Assembly (NCBI GenBank): GCA_964247055.1
Contig: OZ176051.1
Coordinates: 6,076,001-6,140,000, forward strand
Origin: Paragordius varius
Lineage: Eukaryota; Animalia; Nematomorpha
DNA: 64,000 bases
Direction: 5' to 3'
This document shows positions 13,481-28,379 of the stretch, piece after piece (the first letter of the stretch is position 1; each line of letters starts with the position of its first letter). The notes under the pieces are model-generated. The model was given only the letters and a program-made list of their open reading frames with translations. It was not told the DNA's origin and searched no databases. The position numbers and the translations under genes are program-made.

Positions 13481-16400
13481 TCTGCAAAATAAAAAGACAA
13501 TAGCATTATTGTAAACGGTATATGTGCGCACACACACGCATAAATATACAAAACAACAAAATTTTGGTTTGTTTCATTTCTCAATTTTATTTTATGTTAT
13601 GTTTTGTTATTCTTATTACCATTAATCTTAAAAATAGTGGTGCGGTGTAAGGTTTTCGCCATTATATATATGATTCAACACACGTAAAAATAGTGAATAA
13701 ATAACGGTATTTTGTTTCAATTGTTGCGGTTGTTCTCATATCTTTCAAATATTGTTTTGTCTTTTCCAAAACTATAAAAAAAGTTTGAGTTTGAGTTGCC
13801 ATTACAAATTATTTGGTGGTCAATATGCAAATTTGTGGTTATTTTGATATAGGACCACGGTTAACACAAACATATCGTTGATTGATTGAATGATTATTAA
13901 GTATGCGTCCTTTTATATAAAAAAGCGTATTTATGGGATTTGATGGGTTTAAGTCATATGATAAATTCATGGTATAGAAAAATAGCTGTAGTTGATAGGA
14001 TTTCCAAACAATTTCGATGGGCAAAATAAATAGGAAAGATCCTTGATCTATTAGTAAAAATTAGTAGACATATAGATATATATATATATATATATATAAT
14101 TGACATGTGTAGGATTATGAATCTAAATATTATCACAATTTTCTTAAATATACCTGTAACTCTCCAAAGTCTAAACTAGTATGCAGTAAAATAACCCCTA
14201 TCAAAAAGAAGTAAAAAACGAATATTAGAATTGATGTTGGGATAACAGCAAAATTTAAACAGTAAAAATCGAATGTTGGGTAGTTTTTGAAGTTAAAAAG
14301 TTTAATAATGAATGAGGGGAGGATATGAGGAGGGCATGAAATGGTATACGTGAGAACATATAAATAGTTTAATTATAACGTCAGTTAAAAATTCTCAGAA
14401 TGGTGATAATTAGCAAAACACCCCCCATACAAAAAAATAGTGTTTACGTACATAGGTTGATTGTACTTATTGTTAAATATATATATATATATATACAATA
14501 TTTAAAAATGTTGCAATATTATGTAATTAATAATTTTTATGTGTGTATAAAAAACATTTTATACCTTGCGTACGGGCTAGACTACCAAGAAATGCGAGGG
14601 GGTTTCTCCGAAACAAATTTTATTACCATTTTATCGATCGAATTTGGGTAGCATCGAAAATACTCGCTTAAAATATATTCTTTAAAGCATAAAATTGGGT
14701 ATAAGCAATTAATACATTTTAAATATTTAATTTCTATTTATCAAGGAAGGGTATTTATACTTTAAAACTACAATATTGTATAAATATCACTACTAGGTTC
14801 GATGAGGATTGATTAAGAAAGGTATCTATTTGTATGTAGTACCTTTTGTAAAAATAAATTTACATATATTAAAAATTCTTTAGTAATTTTAATAAAAATT
14901 TGTGTGTATACTAATTCTCACACAAATATGTTAATACATGCCCTAAAATTAAATTATAATCAAAAAAATTATAATATTAATTAATAATATGATTTGTGTT
15001 AAAGTAGAAAAAACTTTACATGATTAAATGAAATCGTTCATCTTGTAGAAAAGAAGTACCATAATAAAATTAAAAAATTACCAATCTAAAAAATGTTTCG
15101 TTATCATTTGTTATAAATAAAATGATAAAACGTAGCAAGTAAGATAAAAAATGACCCCTTAACATTTTTGGAGTGCTTTGATCCCAATAAAATAAGGAGA
15201 TTTAATTTTTGTATTAAAGTGGAAGAATGGTTAATGGGCATAACAACATTAAACAACAACTGTTAACTAGGGTTTTTATAAACACTAACCATTATTGTAT
15301 AAATGTTAATGCACTTAAAAATTCATTAATCATACCAATTAAAAATTGCGCGCCCACATAGTTTCGAAAAATTTAATATATCATAAATCTTTTCCCCATA
15401 GAAGCATATTGATTTTAAATTAGAGAGCATACACAACCGAATTTGTAAATTAATTTTAAATTTATTGTTTAGAATGGGCAAAAGTACAAATAAATTTATT
15501 AATGTTAGAGGAACCAAAAACGGCGGACAAACATTAATTTATTGTGTGTTCGCCTATTTTCATTTTTGTGTTTAAAAAGAATATTTTTAACAATAAAAGT
15601 AGTATATTGTACATAGATAATGGTCATTAGCATTAATATCCAACCTTTTCTCATATTTAGGAAAGGACTGAAGAAGAAATATCTATATTTAAGAATATTT
15701 CAACTGTGTTGTGTGTTGTATGTACCCCATTTTTATTTTTAAGGTTCACTCAACTTTTGTTTGCACACTCACTGGATTTGTACGTAAATTAAACTTAACT
15801 AACCCATTTAAATTTTATTGGGAAAATAATCTCTTTAAATTTAAGTATTATATGCGTTTAAATTTTAGATAGAAGAATATTTTTATGGGAAAATTATTCC
15901 TAGTATTACATATTACACATCTTTCATGATATGATAAATTTATGGTTGGGGATTTCGTGCTATATATTTGATTTACAGGAAGTTTACAAACTGTTTGAAA
16001 CTTTATTAGCTAAGTGGGATAGCGGATGAATTTAGCTGTAATTTTTGGAAGAAGAGCTTAATGTAATTAACTTCCCACATTGTGAGTAGCAAAGGCAAAG
16101 ATGGTGTGTTATATGGATTTCGTATGCATGTATGCATGATGTAAATACCAGTATTAGTAATAAAGAGATGAAAAAAAATGGGTTCAAAAACCTTATCCCC
16201 TATTAAGCCTTTTTTCTCCAATGGTGCATTTACAATACAACTTATTTATTTACGTAAATTACAAATTTACTGACTGACTAATAAATAAGTTAACGGTCAA
16301 CAACAAAAATTTAAATAAATATTATTTAGAAATATATTCCAAAAAAAATTTGTCAATTACGAATACAATGGGAATGTGTATATCAAAAAAGATAATCTTA

Positions 16401-19400
16401 ATCATTCAATATACCTTTCTTATGAATCAATTCACGCTTGAAGAAATGGGATTTTAGGTATATAATTTTAAAATCAAAATCTGTTTTTTTTCATTCACCA
16501 TAAAAATCAATCATAGTTCAATAATAGGTTATAGCTTGTAAAGAAAAGAGAAACCAAATTTTTCGTGTAAATATAAAATTATATGTATGGCCTCCTAAGA
16601 GTTAATTTTAATAAACATACACATAAAATCAAACAACCAACCAGCCACCAACCTTATAAAAATTAAGAGTAAAACTTCAAATTATTTTCTACACAAATAA
16701 GTTCACTCTTCACTAATGTCAAAGGGTCAATCTCATTTTTGAATATATATATAATAATATATAAAAAGAAAATAAAGTGCCAAAAGATGTGAAAATATGC
16801 ACACAGCCTTAGACATAGACCTATTTTAATAAGAAACTTACACACAACTTTTTTTTGTAAAAAATTCTTAATTTTGATACAAATTTTGCTATAAATCATG
16901 TCCCATATTTATATATAAATGTTAATGTGTTTATGTAAAATATCATTCTCCATATCACCTTATTAAGAATATTTATAAGTACTTAAAAATAATTAATGGG
17001 TATAATTTTTATACATTACACACTTTTTTGCATTGATGTAAAAAGGCTAAGCAGGTAAAAAACAAAATTGCATCAAAGAATAAATATATTCTGATTTAAT
17101 TAAAAAGCTTGAAATTTTTGTTTTGTAAGGTGAACCCCTAATTTATATTCATAAACCAATAATTATATGACAATGTTTGAATAATGTTAATTATAACTTT
17201 GAATATTATTATAATATGTATTAAAATAATACATTATAAAACTATCAACAAAATATTGCGAAGTTATAACAAATTAACTTTCAATGATTGGGTCATGTAA
17301 GAAATTTATTGATTCATAATGTCTCATAATGTACTCGAAATATCAATCAAGATTGTTTTTATAAAAAACTACCATTCGGATAAAGTATTGGTTAAAATTA
17401 AAACCATAAGCTAAAACAACCCTAAAATTGCAGTCTCCCTAAAACCATTTAAGTTACATTAGGCAAACTTAGAGCTTATTCAAAAAAAAACGATATATAA
17501 TTTTCAATTTTTATGGTTTTTTAAAATTAGAATATATATACCTTCTTTTCAAGGAACAAGTAAATACTATATAAACGCACCTAATATCACTCATCTATCA
17601 GAAGGTAAGAGGTGTATGATGGAGTAAACATTTAGGCATGACCTGGTTCAACTAGAGTATAATAAGAGGTGGTAGAAATTTTATATCTATCGTTAAATAA
17701 AGGGGGAGAAAACCTTTTTAGGAATGGTGGTGAAATAATTTGATTTGATTCGATTCAATATGAATATGGAGAATGGAGAAAGAATATATAGTAAAAAATC
17801 CCAATTTCTCAATAGATTACATTTTTACATAATAATAATAAAATGTAATGTCCCTTTTGTGGTAAAACTTTATTTAACGCGCACGCATTTATAAAAAACG
17901 AATAAATAAAATAACCAAAAAAACAAGGAACATATAAAACCAAAACCACCATTTTGCCAATTATTATTATTATATGTAATGCATAAAAAACTTTTTACCT
18001 CACCTTCAAAAATTGGTTTGAAAATAAAAAAATCGCATAAGTGTGCAATTTTTAGCTTGTTTTGTTTATGTATAAATTATATCTTTTATGCTGAAAAATC
18101 AATCACCTAGTCCTAGTCTCGTTCAATATATACAAATATATTTAAAAAATTGCCAATACATAAACCAAGATGAATATGTGGCGAGCTTATTTATGTTAAA
18201 ATTAATACAGTCATGTAACATTTTGTTTAATCAAAAATTTATTTTTCGTTAAATGGGTATAAATATTTGTTGAATGGAAAGAGCACTATGGTAATAACAA
18301 TATTATATTCATCAAAAAAGTATAAGAATTACCACAGAGCTCTTGTTTTTTCCATTCTTTACCAAATTTATACCCATTTAACAAAAAAATATAAATTTTT
18401 GATAAAAGGAGACATGACTGTAGTTTAATATATGAACCAGCCTAAAGGATGTTTAATTTTTCCAAATAGCCCTTGATAGAAATAAAAATATCAATTTTCT
18501 TATTATATTCACCTAAAAATTGTTTTACTATACCTTTTAGAATAAAAACTTGGGGATTTTTTGTTTGCATAATATCTAAGAATGACGACTGAGTATACCT
18601 CTTTCCTCATTCGACACAAAGGCCACAAGTTTTTCATCTTTCTAAGTAAAACTCACTCACTATACAACTTTTTTTCATTGAACAACACAACACAAAAATG
18701 TGATTGTCGATTAGATAATAACAAAGGTATATATAATATATATTCTCATCCCTCCCTGAACTTCGTTAGGTAAAAAATTATATAAAATCCACAAAACGAA
18801 AGGGGGAAAAGGGATGTTTAAGTATGTATGCAGAATCGTGAAGAGAAATAATAGTTTTTCATCGTCAATTAGAAAAAAAAACTCCTTGTTCATACTTTTG
18901 GTGTCGCGCTACTGCTCAGTTCTGTTCTGTGCCTCAAATAATTGCAAACAAAGAAAGTAAAAAATAACCATAATAATTACATATTATATAATAAAAGATT
19001 TGAATAAGGGGGAAATAATATTTTTTTTCCAGAGCATTACTAAAAGTAATGGTGAAAAAAGTTTTTTTTTTGGTTTCGATGCCATAGAAAGTTTAGATAA
19101 ATAAATTACTAATAATTATATATAATACATTATGTAATCACACATATCATAGGGGAGGGGAAAATGTTTTTTATACACATATAAATTTAATGATAGGTAT
19201 GTGAAAATAGTTTCGTATATACTCCACAGATCAAATCAGATCTGATCACATCAAAGACAAAGAGGGAATATAGGGAAAGAAGGTCAACCTATTCGTGCCT
19301 ATTTAACGAACAAACAAAGTTTAAAAGTAAAAAATAGTTTAATTATATGGGAAATAAAAATCAATTATGTGTATAAGTTTGTATGTAAAAAATAAATTAA

Positions 19401-19559
19401 TCGAAAAAAATATATATTTCTATAGTGCTTTTCGGTAGAATCCTAAATTTTTTACTGACCCTCATACATGGCCCTATTTTTAGTTTGGTTATTTTTTTAA
19501 AAAAATATTTAAAATCTATATACACATTTAAGAATATCGCCCTAAAAATCAATAAACTA

Positions 19560-19870
19560 AGGTGATATACCATTTACGATTCAAATTCACCCAAATAGTG
19601 TAAATTCACCCTCGAACAATTCGATTCACCCTAAAAATAAATTATGTGTTTTCGGGCTAATTTAACTCATTATTAACATGAAATATGTTTAAATGGCATA
19701 GATTATTTTTCAGTATATTTAAACAAAATTTTATTTTTTGAAAATATAAAAAAATATAAGTAATTTTTTATCTTAAAAAACACCTAATATATTTTAGGGT
19801 AAATTTGAATTGTTCGAGGGTTGATTTGAATTGTTCAAGGGTGAATTTAATTTTCAATGGCGAAACTGTA
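19560..19870. repeat. Small palindromic MITE with tandem subrepeats in its arms
   Basis: AATTCACCCTCGAACAATTC on the left against GAATTGTTCGAGGGT on the right. A solo arm fragment lies at about 39950-39980. Confidence 0.55.
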
Positions 19871-20908
19871 ATAGGTATATATATATATATATATATAATA
19901 TATATTATAGATGTTTCGTTGATTTGCGTTTTACCAAAGCTTTCAAATATTTAAAAGTTAATACTTTAAATTAAAACAAATCCTAAATATGATAGCATTA
20001 GGAAATAGCCAACCCAAAAAATTTTCCCCGACATTTGATGGCTAATACATGTGACTCATTTTATTTAATAAATTTTGATGACAAAATAATTCCTATATAA
20101 ATGATCAAATAACTAGTAATTATATATTTAGTTTTAACTTAAGATTATGTATACTTTAAAACACACAAAAAACACCGTAAAAAATATATATTTTAAACTA
20201 TCTGACTCACACACAAAAAGACAATATGAAGCCAAATTATATGACCATTGTATTGCAAATATATGAGCGTTGTTATGTAAGAAAGTATAAAAATAAAAAC
20301 GGTTTTCGTTATTCAGTTGTTATCCAAGGGGACAAAACACAATCAAACAACATTTTCATTTTTTGGCACAAAAACCTGTTTTATTGTATAACTAAACTTC
20401 AAATTTCACACTTAATTGTTTTGTGTGTGTTGGTTGGTGTGACTCTAAGTGTCGAGAATTTTTAATATCCTACATTTACGTGTAAGTTGGTAAGTAAAAG
20501 CTTTAAAATAAGTATAAATAATATATGTTAAACTAAAATCCGTTTTTCCATTGTTGTTGAAAATAAATTAAATTTCAATTTCGACGACAACTTTTGCCAC
20601 CATTCACAACAATATATGGCAAGTAAAATAAAAAAAATGCCGCAAATATATATGACAAAACCTAACTTGAAGCAAATCCAAAAAACCCAATATTAAATGG
20701 AAGGGGGGTTAGTCAAATCATGTTTAATGGGGAAAATAGCCAAAATTATTCATAGTTTTAGCATAGAATGATTCAAATTAAACAGTTGAAAATTTTCGAA
20801 TTATATTAAAATGATATATTTTGATGCAAGGTTGTCCAAATTAAACGAAATATTAAGATCCTAGCTCAAAGATGTTTGATTGTTGATCCTAAACAAATAT
20901 GCCAATTA

Positions 20909-22010
20909 CACTAGTCGACAAATTTCGACATTTTTGAGCACCACCACTCTAACTTTTAAATTATGACTAATTTCAGTGTTTTAAAACCGAATGTGAAAAA
21001 ATTTTTGATCCCGCCAATCAGAATTTTGAAATATTATAGGTTTTTTAATTTTTCAAAATCAAGAGAAAATCGAGAGAAAATTTAATATAACTTTATAATA
21101 AAATGTTATTATATTATAAACTTAATATCATTTAATAAAGCGTTAAACTCTATCTTTTGAATATAAATATGTCATTTAAATATCAGAGACAAAAAAATAG
21201 TACGGACTTAAACGTCAAAATTTAGTCTTTTTCTTTCAAGTGAATTTTTAATACGTAAAAAAAATTTTTAAAAAAATACTAAAAAAGGCATTCTATGGTT
21301 TAAACCTTCGGCTTTCAGATAGGCTATATTTTTTTTGTTAGTTTTCGTTCTTTCGGGTACTTATTAAGCTTTTTTTCTTGAGTTGGTTCTTACAAAAAAT
21401 CCTTTATTTATACCTAGTGGATATACTTTATTTTTTAAAATTGGTTGTTTAGTATTTTTAATTTCAGATGGATGTTGTGTAGCCACTTTTAGTAGAATTT
21501 ACTATTATGGGATTGGACCATTTGTATTTACCTAATCTTTTTATTCAATTTAATTGTAGAATTTATCTAACTTTATTCTGTGAATTGGTTAATTTGACAT
21601 GTCAATTTGCCTGGATTTTGCTTGCAAGTCTCTCTTATCGGGCTTTACGATTACTTATTGTTATCTTTGCCATATCTGGCATAATGGGGGATATGCAGAT
21701 CACACTATACATAAGCCCCTTTTAGATTTTTAATACTTTGGCTCTTAGCTTGTTTAGTATCTTATTTAATACCTAGAATTTTGTTATTCATGCATGGAAT
21801 ATTACTTGTATCGACTTGTTCGTTTGAATATTTAAACATATGTACACGAGGAATGATTGTTATTTTTAAATAAAATACAAATTTAAAAATTAAATTTCGG
21901 AAAAACCCTATTGGTGGCCTCAATTTTCTTTTTTGTTTTGGCCTTTCCATGCCATTAGGTATCAGAAAATGCAAAAATAATGGGGTGGTGCAAAACCTTG
22001 TTGAGCAGTG
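20909..22010. mobile_element. Non-autonomous CMC/Chapaev3-like DNA element, copy 1
   Basis: Termini CACTAGTCGACAA... and ...TTGTTGAGCAGTG, with 3-bp TSD TTA. Near-identical to 36637-37776. Confidence 0.75.
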
Positions 22011-25000
22011 TTATTTTAATTCTCATTAAATATAAATCCATATACATTTAACTGAGATTATTTATATAAAAAAATAATTGACTTCTATTAAACAAAAAGT
22101 CCACTTCAGCCTACACCCATTAACGTCTCTAATATGAAAAACTAAAAATATTTTTGCGCTAAAACACACCTAAAATTGTTCCTTATCTAATCACACCTTA
22201 CATATTACACTATCTAAATTATTATGTGTTGAATGGAGAATATATTTGGCTGGCTATTATGGTTTCACCACCACCTTTCAAGGTCATTCATGTCAGTCCA
22301 TTAAAAAAAATTAACCAAAAAAATCATCTCCATTAGCATTTTGTTTTTCATAAATATAATGTCCAAAAGACATTTTCGTGTAACATTTTTTATATCAATT
22401 TTAAATTTTCTTCCTTGTTAAGAGATGGATTTAATGGAATGCGGGTGGGGGTATTTTATAAAATATTTCAAAAAATTTAAAATCAGATTGATTTAAAAAC
22501 GTTATCCAAATTATATATTAAACAACGGTGTAAGGCACAATAATATTTAAAATTGTAGAGAGAACGAGAGAGAAATAGAGTAGTTTAAAAAATAAAACTG
22601 AGCAAAAAAACCATTAACCAGAAACCAATGCACAAATACTAACCAATTAACTCTATAAAGAAGGTTATAGACCCAGAGAGGAAAGATAAAAAAATTATGT
22701 GTGCTTATGCTATAGCTAATTCACAAATATTATTACCAAACAAAAACACACATATTACGCAGGATACAAAAATGTATTCATAATTGCAAAAAAATTGAAT
22801 TTTATTCGAAATACAACAATACATAAATCGGAAAAAATCATTATACAGTATGAGTAGTATAGTATACATTGCTACAAAGTTATCAATTATTGCCAAATAG
22901 CATATACAACAAAGGGCAGTATTATTGGCTTATAGTTATTTTTTTTACTTTTTTAACATTATTAGCCAATATGATTCTTTTTGACTTTCTAGCCATATAT
23001 ACTCACTCTACTTTAAATTTCGAATAAGCATACAAATCATAAATTTGACTAATAATGATAACTAATATTCATTTGCCCTAAATATTTAATATTAAAATTT
23101 TAAATTTTGAGAAATATAAAAGTACACACAAAGTGCTAGCAAAACTTTTATTCAAAAGGACATCAACGAACAAATTATATTATATAAAACAAAGGGGATA
23201 GAAGATATGTAAAGATAAAAACAACAATAGCCCTAAGCACATAAAATTATGTTTTTAATGTCCGTCCTCCTGATGTCCAATAACACACACATACATCAAA
23301 CGTATATTGAATAAATTAAATATTAATTAAATTCAACAAATCTTATTAATTTTTTGTATTGTTTATCTAAGAAAAGGGTTATTGAATAATTATAATTTAC
23401 AATATTTATACTAAAAAATCTTTTATATTTAAATGCCCAACACATATTGATTTACATATAACATTATAAGTAACAAGGGATAATTTCCAATGATAAGAAA
23501 ATAGAATGTGAGTTAAAGGGGAATAAGAGTTTTTTTCAAGAATATAATGGAATATCAATAAATATATATCGTATATAAAATATACCCCATATTTTCCTAC
23601 AATAAACTATGTATTTAATGGTTCTAATAAAACCACAGAAATATCTCCAATGGAGGGGAGAATATGGAATATATAAGGATAATAACATTATTTTGTTTTA
23701 TATAAGTTGGGTACGAGTTAAAAACATTAACAACATAAGGAAATATTATAAAGTATTCAGAGAAAAATAAAAAAAATCGTTAAAAAAATAAAATTTCTTT
23801 TAAAAAAATAAATTAGTATGAAACACCACAATACATAAAGGTTTAAATATATTATGAACATATGAATAAGGTAAAAAATTATTGAGGAAAAATTTAAAAA
23901 AGCTTACCCTTTTTGAATTTCGTGTTTAAATCATATGAATTTATGCTATGTTAGAAATTCCGCATTTATATAAGATAAAAAATATATTTATTATTTTATG
24001 CGAGGATAAAAATTCAATATCTTGATTTTGTCAAACAGATATTTCACATATTTTAAATAATAAATAATATAAAACAAAAGATAAATATAGATTTAAAAAT
24101 CAGATGCTGAGAGTTTTAGTGTATATATGCCATCTCTTGGGTAATTTTTATGGGGCTTAAATGATATAATTAATGGGTTAAATTTTGCTTCTTCAAAATT
24201 ATGTAGAAAAAATGCTAATTTAATTATTTAAAATAATAGTTGCATAATATTTTTAACAAGTTCTTACTATGTGGTTTATTAACTCAACCATTTGAATAAT
24301 TATTTAAATATCTATGAATAATTTAAACATGCATTTGACGCTTTGAACGCATTGAATAGTTTTGTATACGAAAATATTGTTAAAAAATTATTATCTTGTT
24401 ATACCGCTTTGTTTTGATTAGCCCCTTCTTTCTACTCCTATGTAACTTCCCCATGGTTAATATTGTTGCGTAGCACTTTTCTTCGTATATTCTAAATTGT
24501 ATTTTTATATATATTGATAAATTGTATCAGTCCCATTCACTAGTCAACAAACAAATATTAATTTGAAAGTAATATCGGAAGGTTGGCCTATTTATATCCT
24601 AAACCCTAAAATCACGGTTTCTGCAAAAATACATTTCCCCCAAAAAAAATTTTAAGAAATTCTTTATTGGTCTTATTTATTTGTTTTATAAAGGTAAAAA
24701 TATTCGCTGGCCCTTTTAATTATCCGTTAGGGTTCCACCCTATGCAAACCACGCCTATAAATAAAAATATCGTGTTGCAATTCGAGCCTCATTCTCATAC
24801 ATTACCTCCATATCAGTTATCTTAGATCAATTTCAGCTGTGTAAATCAATAAATTATATTTTGGCCACTGAGTCAATTTTTGCATGTAGTTAAATATATT
24901 TCTAATATTAATTTCAAGTATATTCTTTTTAGCGAAATATATTTGGATTATACTAATATATTATGTCGAATTCCTAGATTTATAGCATATTTATATTGAT

Positions 25001-25152
25001 GCTATTAATTATCATTCAACGTAATCACATCGGTTGACAGCGGCAAGATTTTAGAAAATATTACATCACTCATATAAAGTGATTCTCTCACCGCGACCCT
25101 AAAAGTGCTTTTTTACCTGAATCAAAATTAATTTTTTTGATCTCTTATAAAT

Positions 25153-26646
25153 TAATGTAACCAGATAGGCTGTTTTTTGCAGTACAGTACTGGGTTTTCA
25201 GAAAAAAATACGCATGTACTGAGTCCACTTTTGTACTGCTTTTTGAAATTTAAGAAAAATTTAATGTTTTATAAACATATATTAATTACCTCTTATTGAT
25301 TCAAAAAAAATATTTTACCCCAAAAATAATCCCATAATTTAAAAGAATAGGTTCATTTTGCTGTTAAAAAACTAAGATTGGCCCATTTTTAATTGGTGGT
25401 TAATATTTTATTTTCTTCCCGAGTTATATATAAAACTTAGAATAGAAGCCTTTCGCGCAGTACTATAAATCTCTCCACACCGTAAGATTCAGGCTAATGG
25501 CTCTCTCGCTCAGGGCTTGCGCAAAAAATGGTGCCTCAAAATTAAAAATAACAATATTATTTTAATGATATTTTAATAAATGTTTGATCAGGGTTAGAAA
25601 GTTTATTTTTTGCTATAATAATCAAACGTAAAATTATAAAAATTGTTATTACCGTAACATATTATATAAAAATTATTAAGATGGCATATTATTTCGTAAT
25701 AACTATTTTTCGTATCTAAAAATTAAGAGGTTTTTACGTGTTTTATAATGTTAGGTGGGTGGTATGATATTTCTTAATTTTTTTTTCTATTAATTTTTAG
25801 TTTTTTTATAAACCAATTTAAGATATTTTGTTGAACCGTACTTTAAACTATTTTGAAGCATGATGAAAACGTTAAAACGCTTGAAGATATAATAAACCCC
25901 CTTTTATAAATGATTCGTTGATGTTGAACATTACTATAGAGTGAATAATTTTCAAATGTTTGTTTGCATGAAAATTTTGGTGAATTTTTGCAAAAAAACA
26001 CAATTTTATTTAACATGATTTTGACGAATGAATATTATCAAAAATCTGAGTGAGAAAAATATACAGCATTGTCGAATTTTATAAAGTGTTATAACATCTC
26101 AACCGTTTATATCGTTTCCAGATGCTGAAAAGAGTGTGAAGTACGTTTTAACAAAATTTTGCTAAATAAATTTTTGAAAGTATGCATCTTTTTAAAAATT
26201 TTAGTTGATATCAAAATTTAGTATATAATTATTGCACAATGTCGGAACTCCGTGTTATTTAAAGAACAATCCATTTAGAAAGAGCCGAAAAAATTAGGAC
26301 TTTGAGAGCCCACATCTAAAATTTAAAATTTTCAAAAACTTTGTTTTATTTGTATATGTAGTTATTTTATTTAGTGTTGAAATATAGCCTTTAGCTTCCA
26401 CCAAAAAATATATTTAAAAAAATTGCGCACCTTTTGCATATAGGGAGCCTTTACCCTAAAAATGTAAATATCTCTTAAATAACTCGTAAAAAACAAAAGC
26501 ACCATGATAATCCTTTTCCTATTAGAATATATATATTTCATCATATTTTTTTAGAATATGTGTATAATACCACAGCGATGGTGTAAAAACAGGCAATGTA
26601 TGTTTTAATTTAGTACTGCGACCAAGTTCGAAATATATGGTCATTA
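25153..26646. mobile_element. Non-autonomous hAT (Blackjack-type TIR) element Y, copy 1
   Basis: TIRs TAATGTAACCAGATA and TATATGGTCATTA, with perfect 8-bp TSD TTATAAAT (25145-25152 and 26647-26654). Internal imperfect palindrome at about 25860-26120. Confidence 0.8.
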
Positions 26647-27029
26647 TTATAAATAATTGATTAAATTTTAAGTTGATCAATATTTATTTGTTGTTAGTAT
26701 TAAAAACTCCTTTAAATTTGGTATTTCTAATTATGAAATTTAATATATGAAAATTATTTTAAATTTTTTTCTTTGAAATTCATACTCGATCATAGGCATC
26801 TTGAAATATATCAATCATACTGATTGCGATTGCAGTTTAGTATTTAGACACAAAGGTTTATATGTAAATCTAGTTTTGGCATGATGTTCCAAATAAATAA
26901 TAAAATATAAAATGTGCTAAAGATATATTGTTTTTCAACTTACATCAAGGCAGCATATTCAAGAATATAATATGTTAATAACATAGGCATAAGGCGTTAA
27001 ATTGGTCTCTTATGATAATCGGAGTTGTC

Positions 27030-27229
27030 TTAAAATACTGGTTTATATTAAAATATGTTGTATTTTGTTGAAGATTTCATTATTAAAATATTTGTGTATC
27101 CGCTTAATTTAAGTGTACTGTGTTTTATTATTATATGCATATTAAACTATGTATAATTTATCCCTATTATATTTATAACAAAAAAAAACTAGTTTTAATC
27201 GGCCCGTCAAATATTTTTGATCACCACTG
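27030..27229 (+). mobile_element. Solo Buster-type 3' end upstream of copy A exon 1
   Basis: GGCCCGTCAAAT...TCACCACTG matches the 53364-53395 terminus and is followed by CCTTAGAT (TA at positions 4-5). It lies in a segment absent from copy B. Confidence 0.55.
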
Positions 27230-27514
27230 CCTTAGATCTCTTACACCTTTATTACACAATTATATAATAATTTGATTGAAAATGAAAAATTATTTGATTT
27301 AAATCCTTAAAATTTTTTGGCTTAAATATAACACTATTTTTAAACATATAAATAATATATTTAGGCTGTTAAGCCCCTATGACCTTTGAGTTCATCTTTA
27401 TATTATATATGATTGATACTCTCTGTTTATAAATAAATGTTCTTAGCCTTTATATTTCATTTATCCATTTTATTTTTCAAAAATTTTTATAAAATATATT
27501 TTGTGTTGTGTATA

Positions 27515-27621
27515 ATGGTAAAACTATTTATAATATTTTATTTAATTCCATATGTCGGAGCTGGTAAAGTTTGTATGACTGAAGCTGATAGGGCTGCAAT
27601 GCAAGCCATATTCCCTCTCAA
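27515..27621 (+). CDS. Secreted protein copy A, exon 1 (signal peptide)
   Basis: MVKLFIIFYLIPYVGA-GKVCMTEADRAAMQAIFPL, with donor AA|GTAATA (phase 2). Same length and donor as the paralog at 59234-59340. Confidence 0.8.
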
Positions 27622-28234
27622 GTAATATTGTGTCAAATTAGGTTGAAATTTTAGGACAGTATGAGTAAATATAAATGGCTATTTTTCAATTGAATATTGA
27701 CAAAGAGTAAACAAGTTAGAATTTTTTACATTTTCTGCTTTTAGCCGTTATTATTTCTTTATATTGTCTTGTCACTCAGAGTAATTATTTTTGGTTTGGG
27801 AATTATCCTTTTAAACCCAAAAAATTTGGGTTTACTTTGCTACTCTAATAATTGGCAATAATTTGTTCTTAGGGATTAGTATTCATTAAGTTCTACTAAC
27901 AAGGTTGGGAAATACCGTTAAAGCAAATTTTTATGTAATATTTTAAAAAACATGTGCTTTTTTGTGAACCAGCTACTTAACAAAAAGTTGCTCAAAGCTT
28001 TTTCGCATACATCTACATAGATAGATATATTAGACACGAATAAGCAAACCATTGAAAAATTTAATTTTGATTAGTATTTATCAATTTAACCGTAATATCT
28101 TTAATGCTTTTGAATTATGTAACATAACAAAGGTGCTTAATCTTGTTTGCCATACTGCTATAATGGCAACTTAAGTAATCAAATTCAAGCTTTTAGATCC
28201 TGAATTTACAATTATGTTAAATTCTATCAATTAG

Positions 28235-28379
28235 CCACGTTCAAATGCTAAATTCAACCGATAACTCTTATAAATGGTCCTTTGATTTGGTGGCATATCG
28301 ATCAGAAAATATTGCAATTTACGGCATAAACGAGACCCTAAAATCTTTATTCAATTATATATATGATCAGTATCCTGGC
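28235..28379 (+). CDS. Secreted protein copy A, exon 2
   Basis: TTAG| acceptor, phase 2 to 0, GGC|GTAAGT donor. 48 codons, collinear with the paralog at 59753-59897. Confidence 0.82.

Noticed and set aside
14150-14670. 5' UTR exons and promoter of the ZF gene (minus-strand donors near 14153 and 14564, DRE-like TATCGAT near 14632)
   Set aside because: Plausible, but motifs alone in AT-rich DNA cannot place a TSS. CAGE or RNA-seq is needed.
13839-22896. Many 60-83 aa F/I/L/Y/K-rich ORFs
   Set aside because: Their composition is what AT-rich non-coding or MITE DNA produces by chance, with no motifs or phase-consistent splice chain.
27437-27625. Stand-alone 62-aa and 68-aa membrane peptides (also 59138-59344)
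   Set aside because: Both ORFs end 4 nt past a conserved GT donor, and A/B similarity is strongest from the internal ATG. They are exon 1 of the larger genes.
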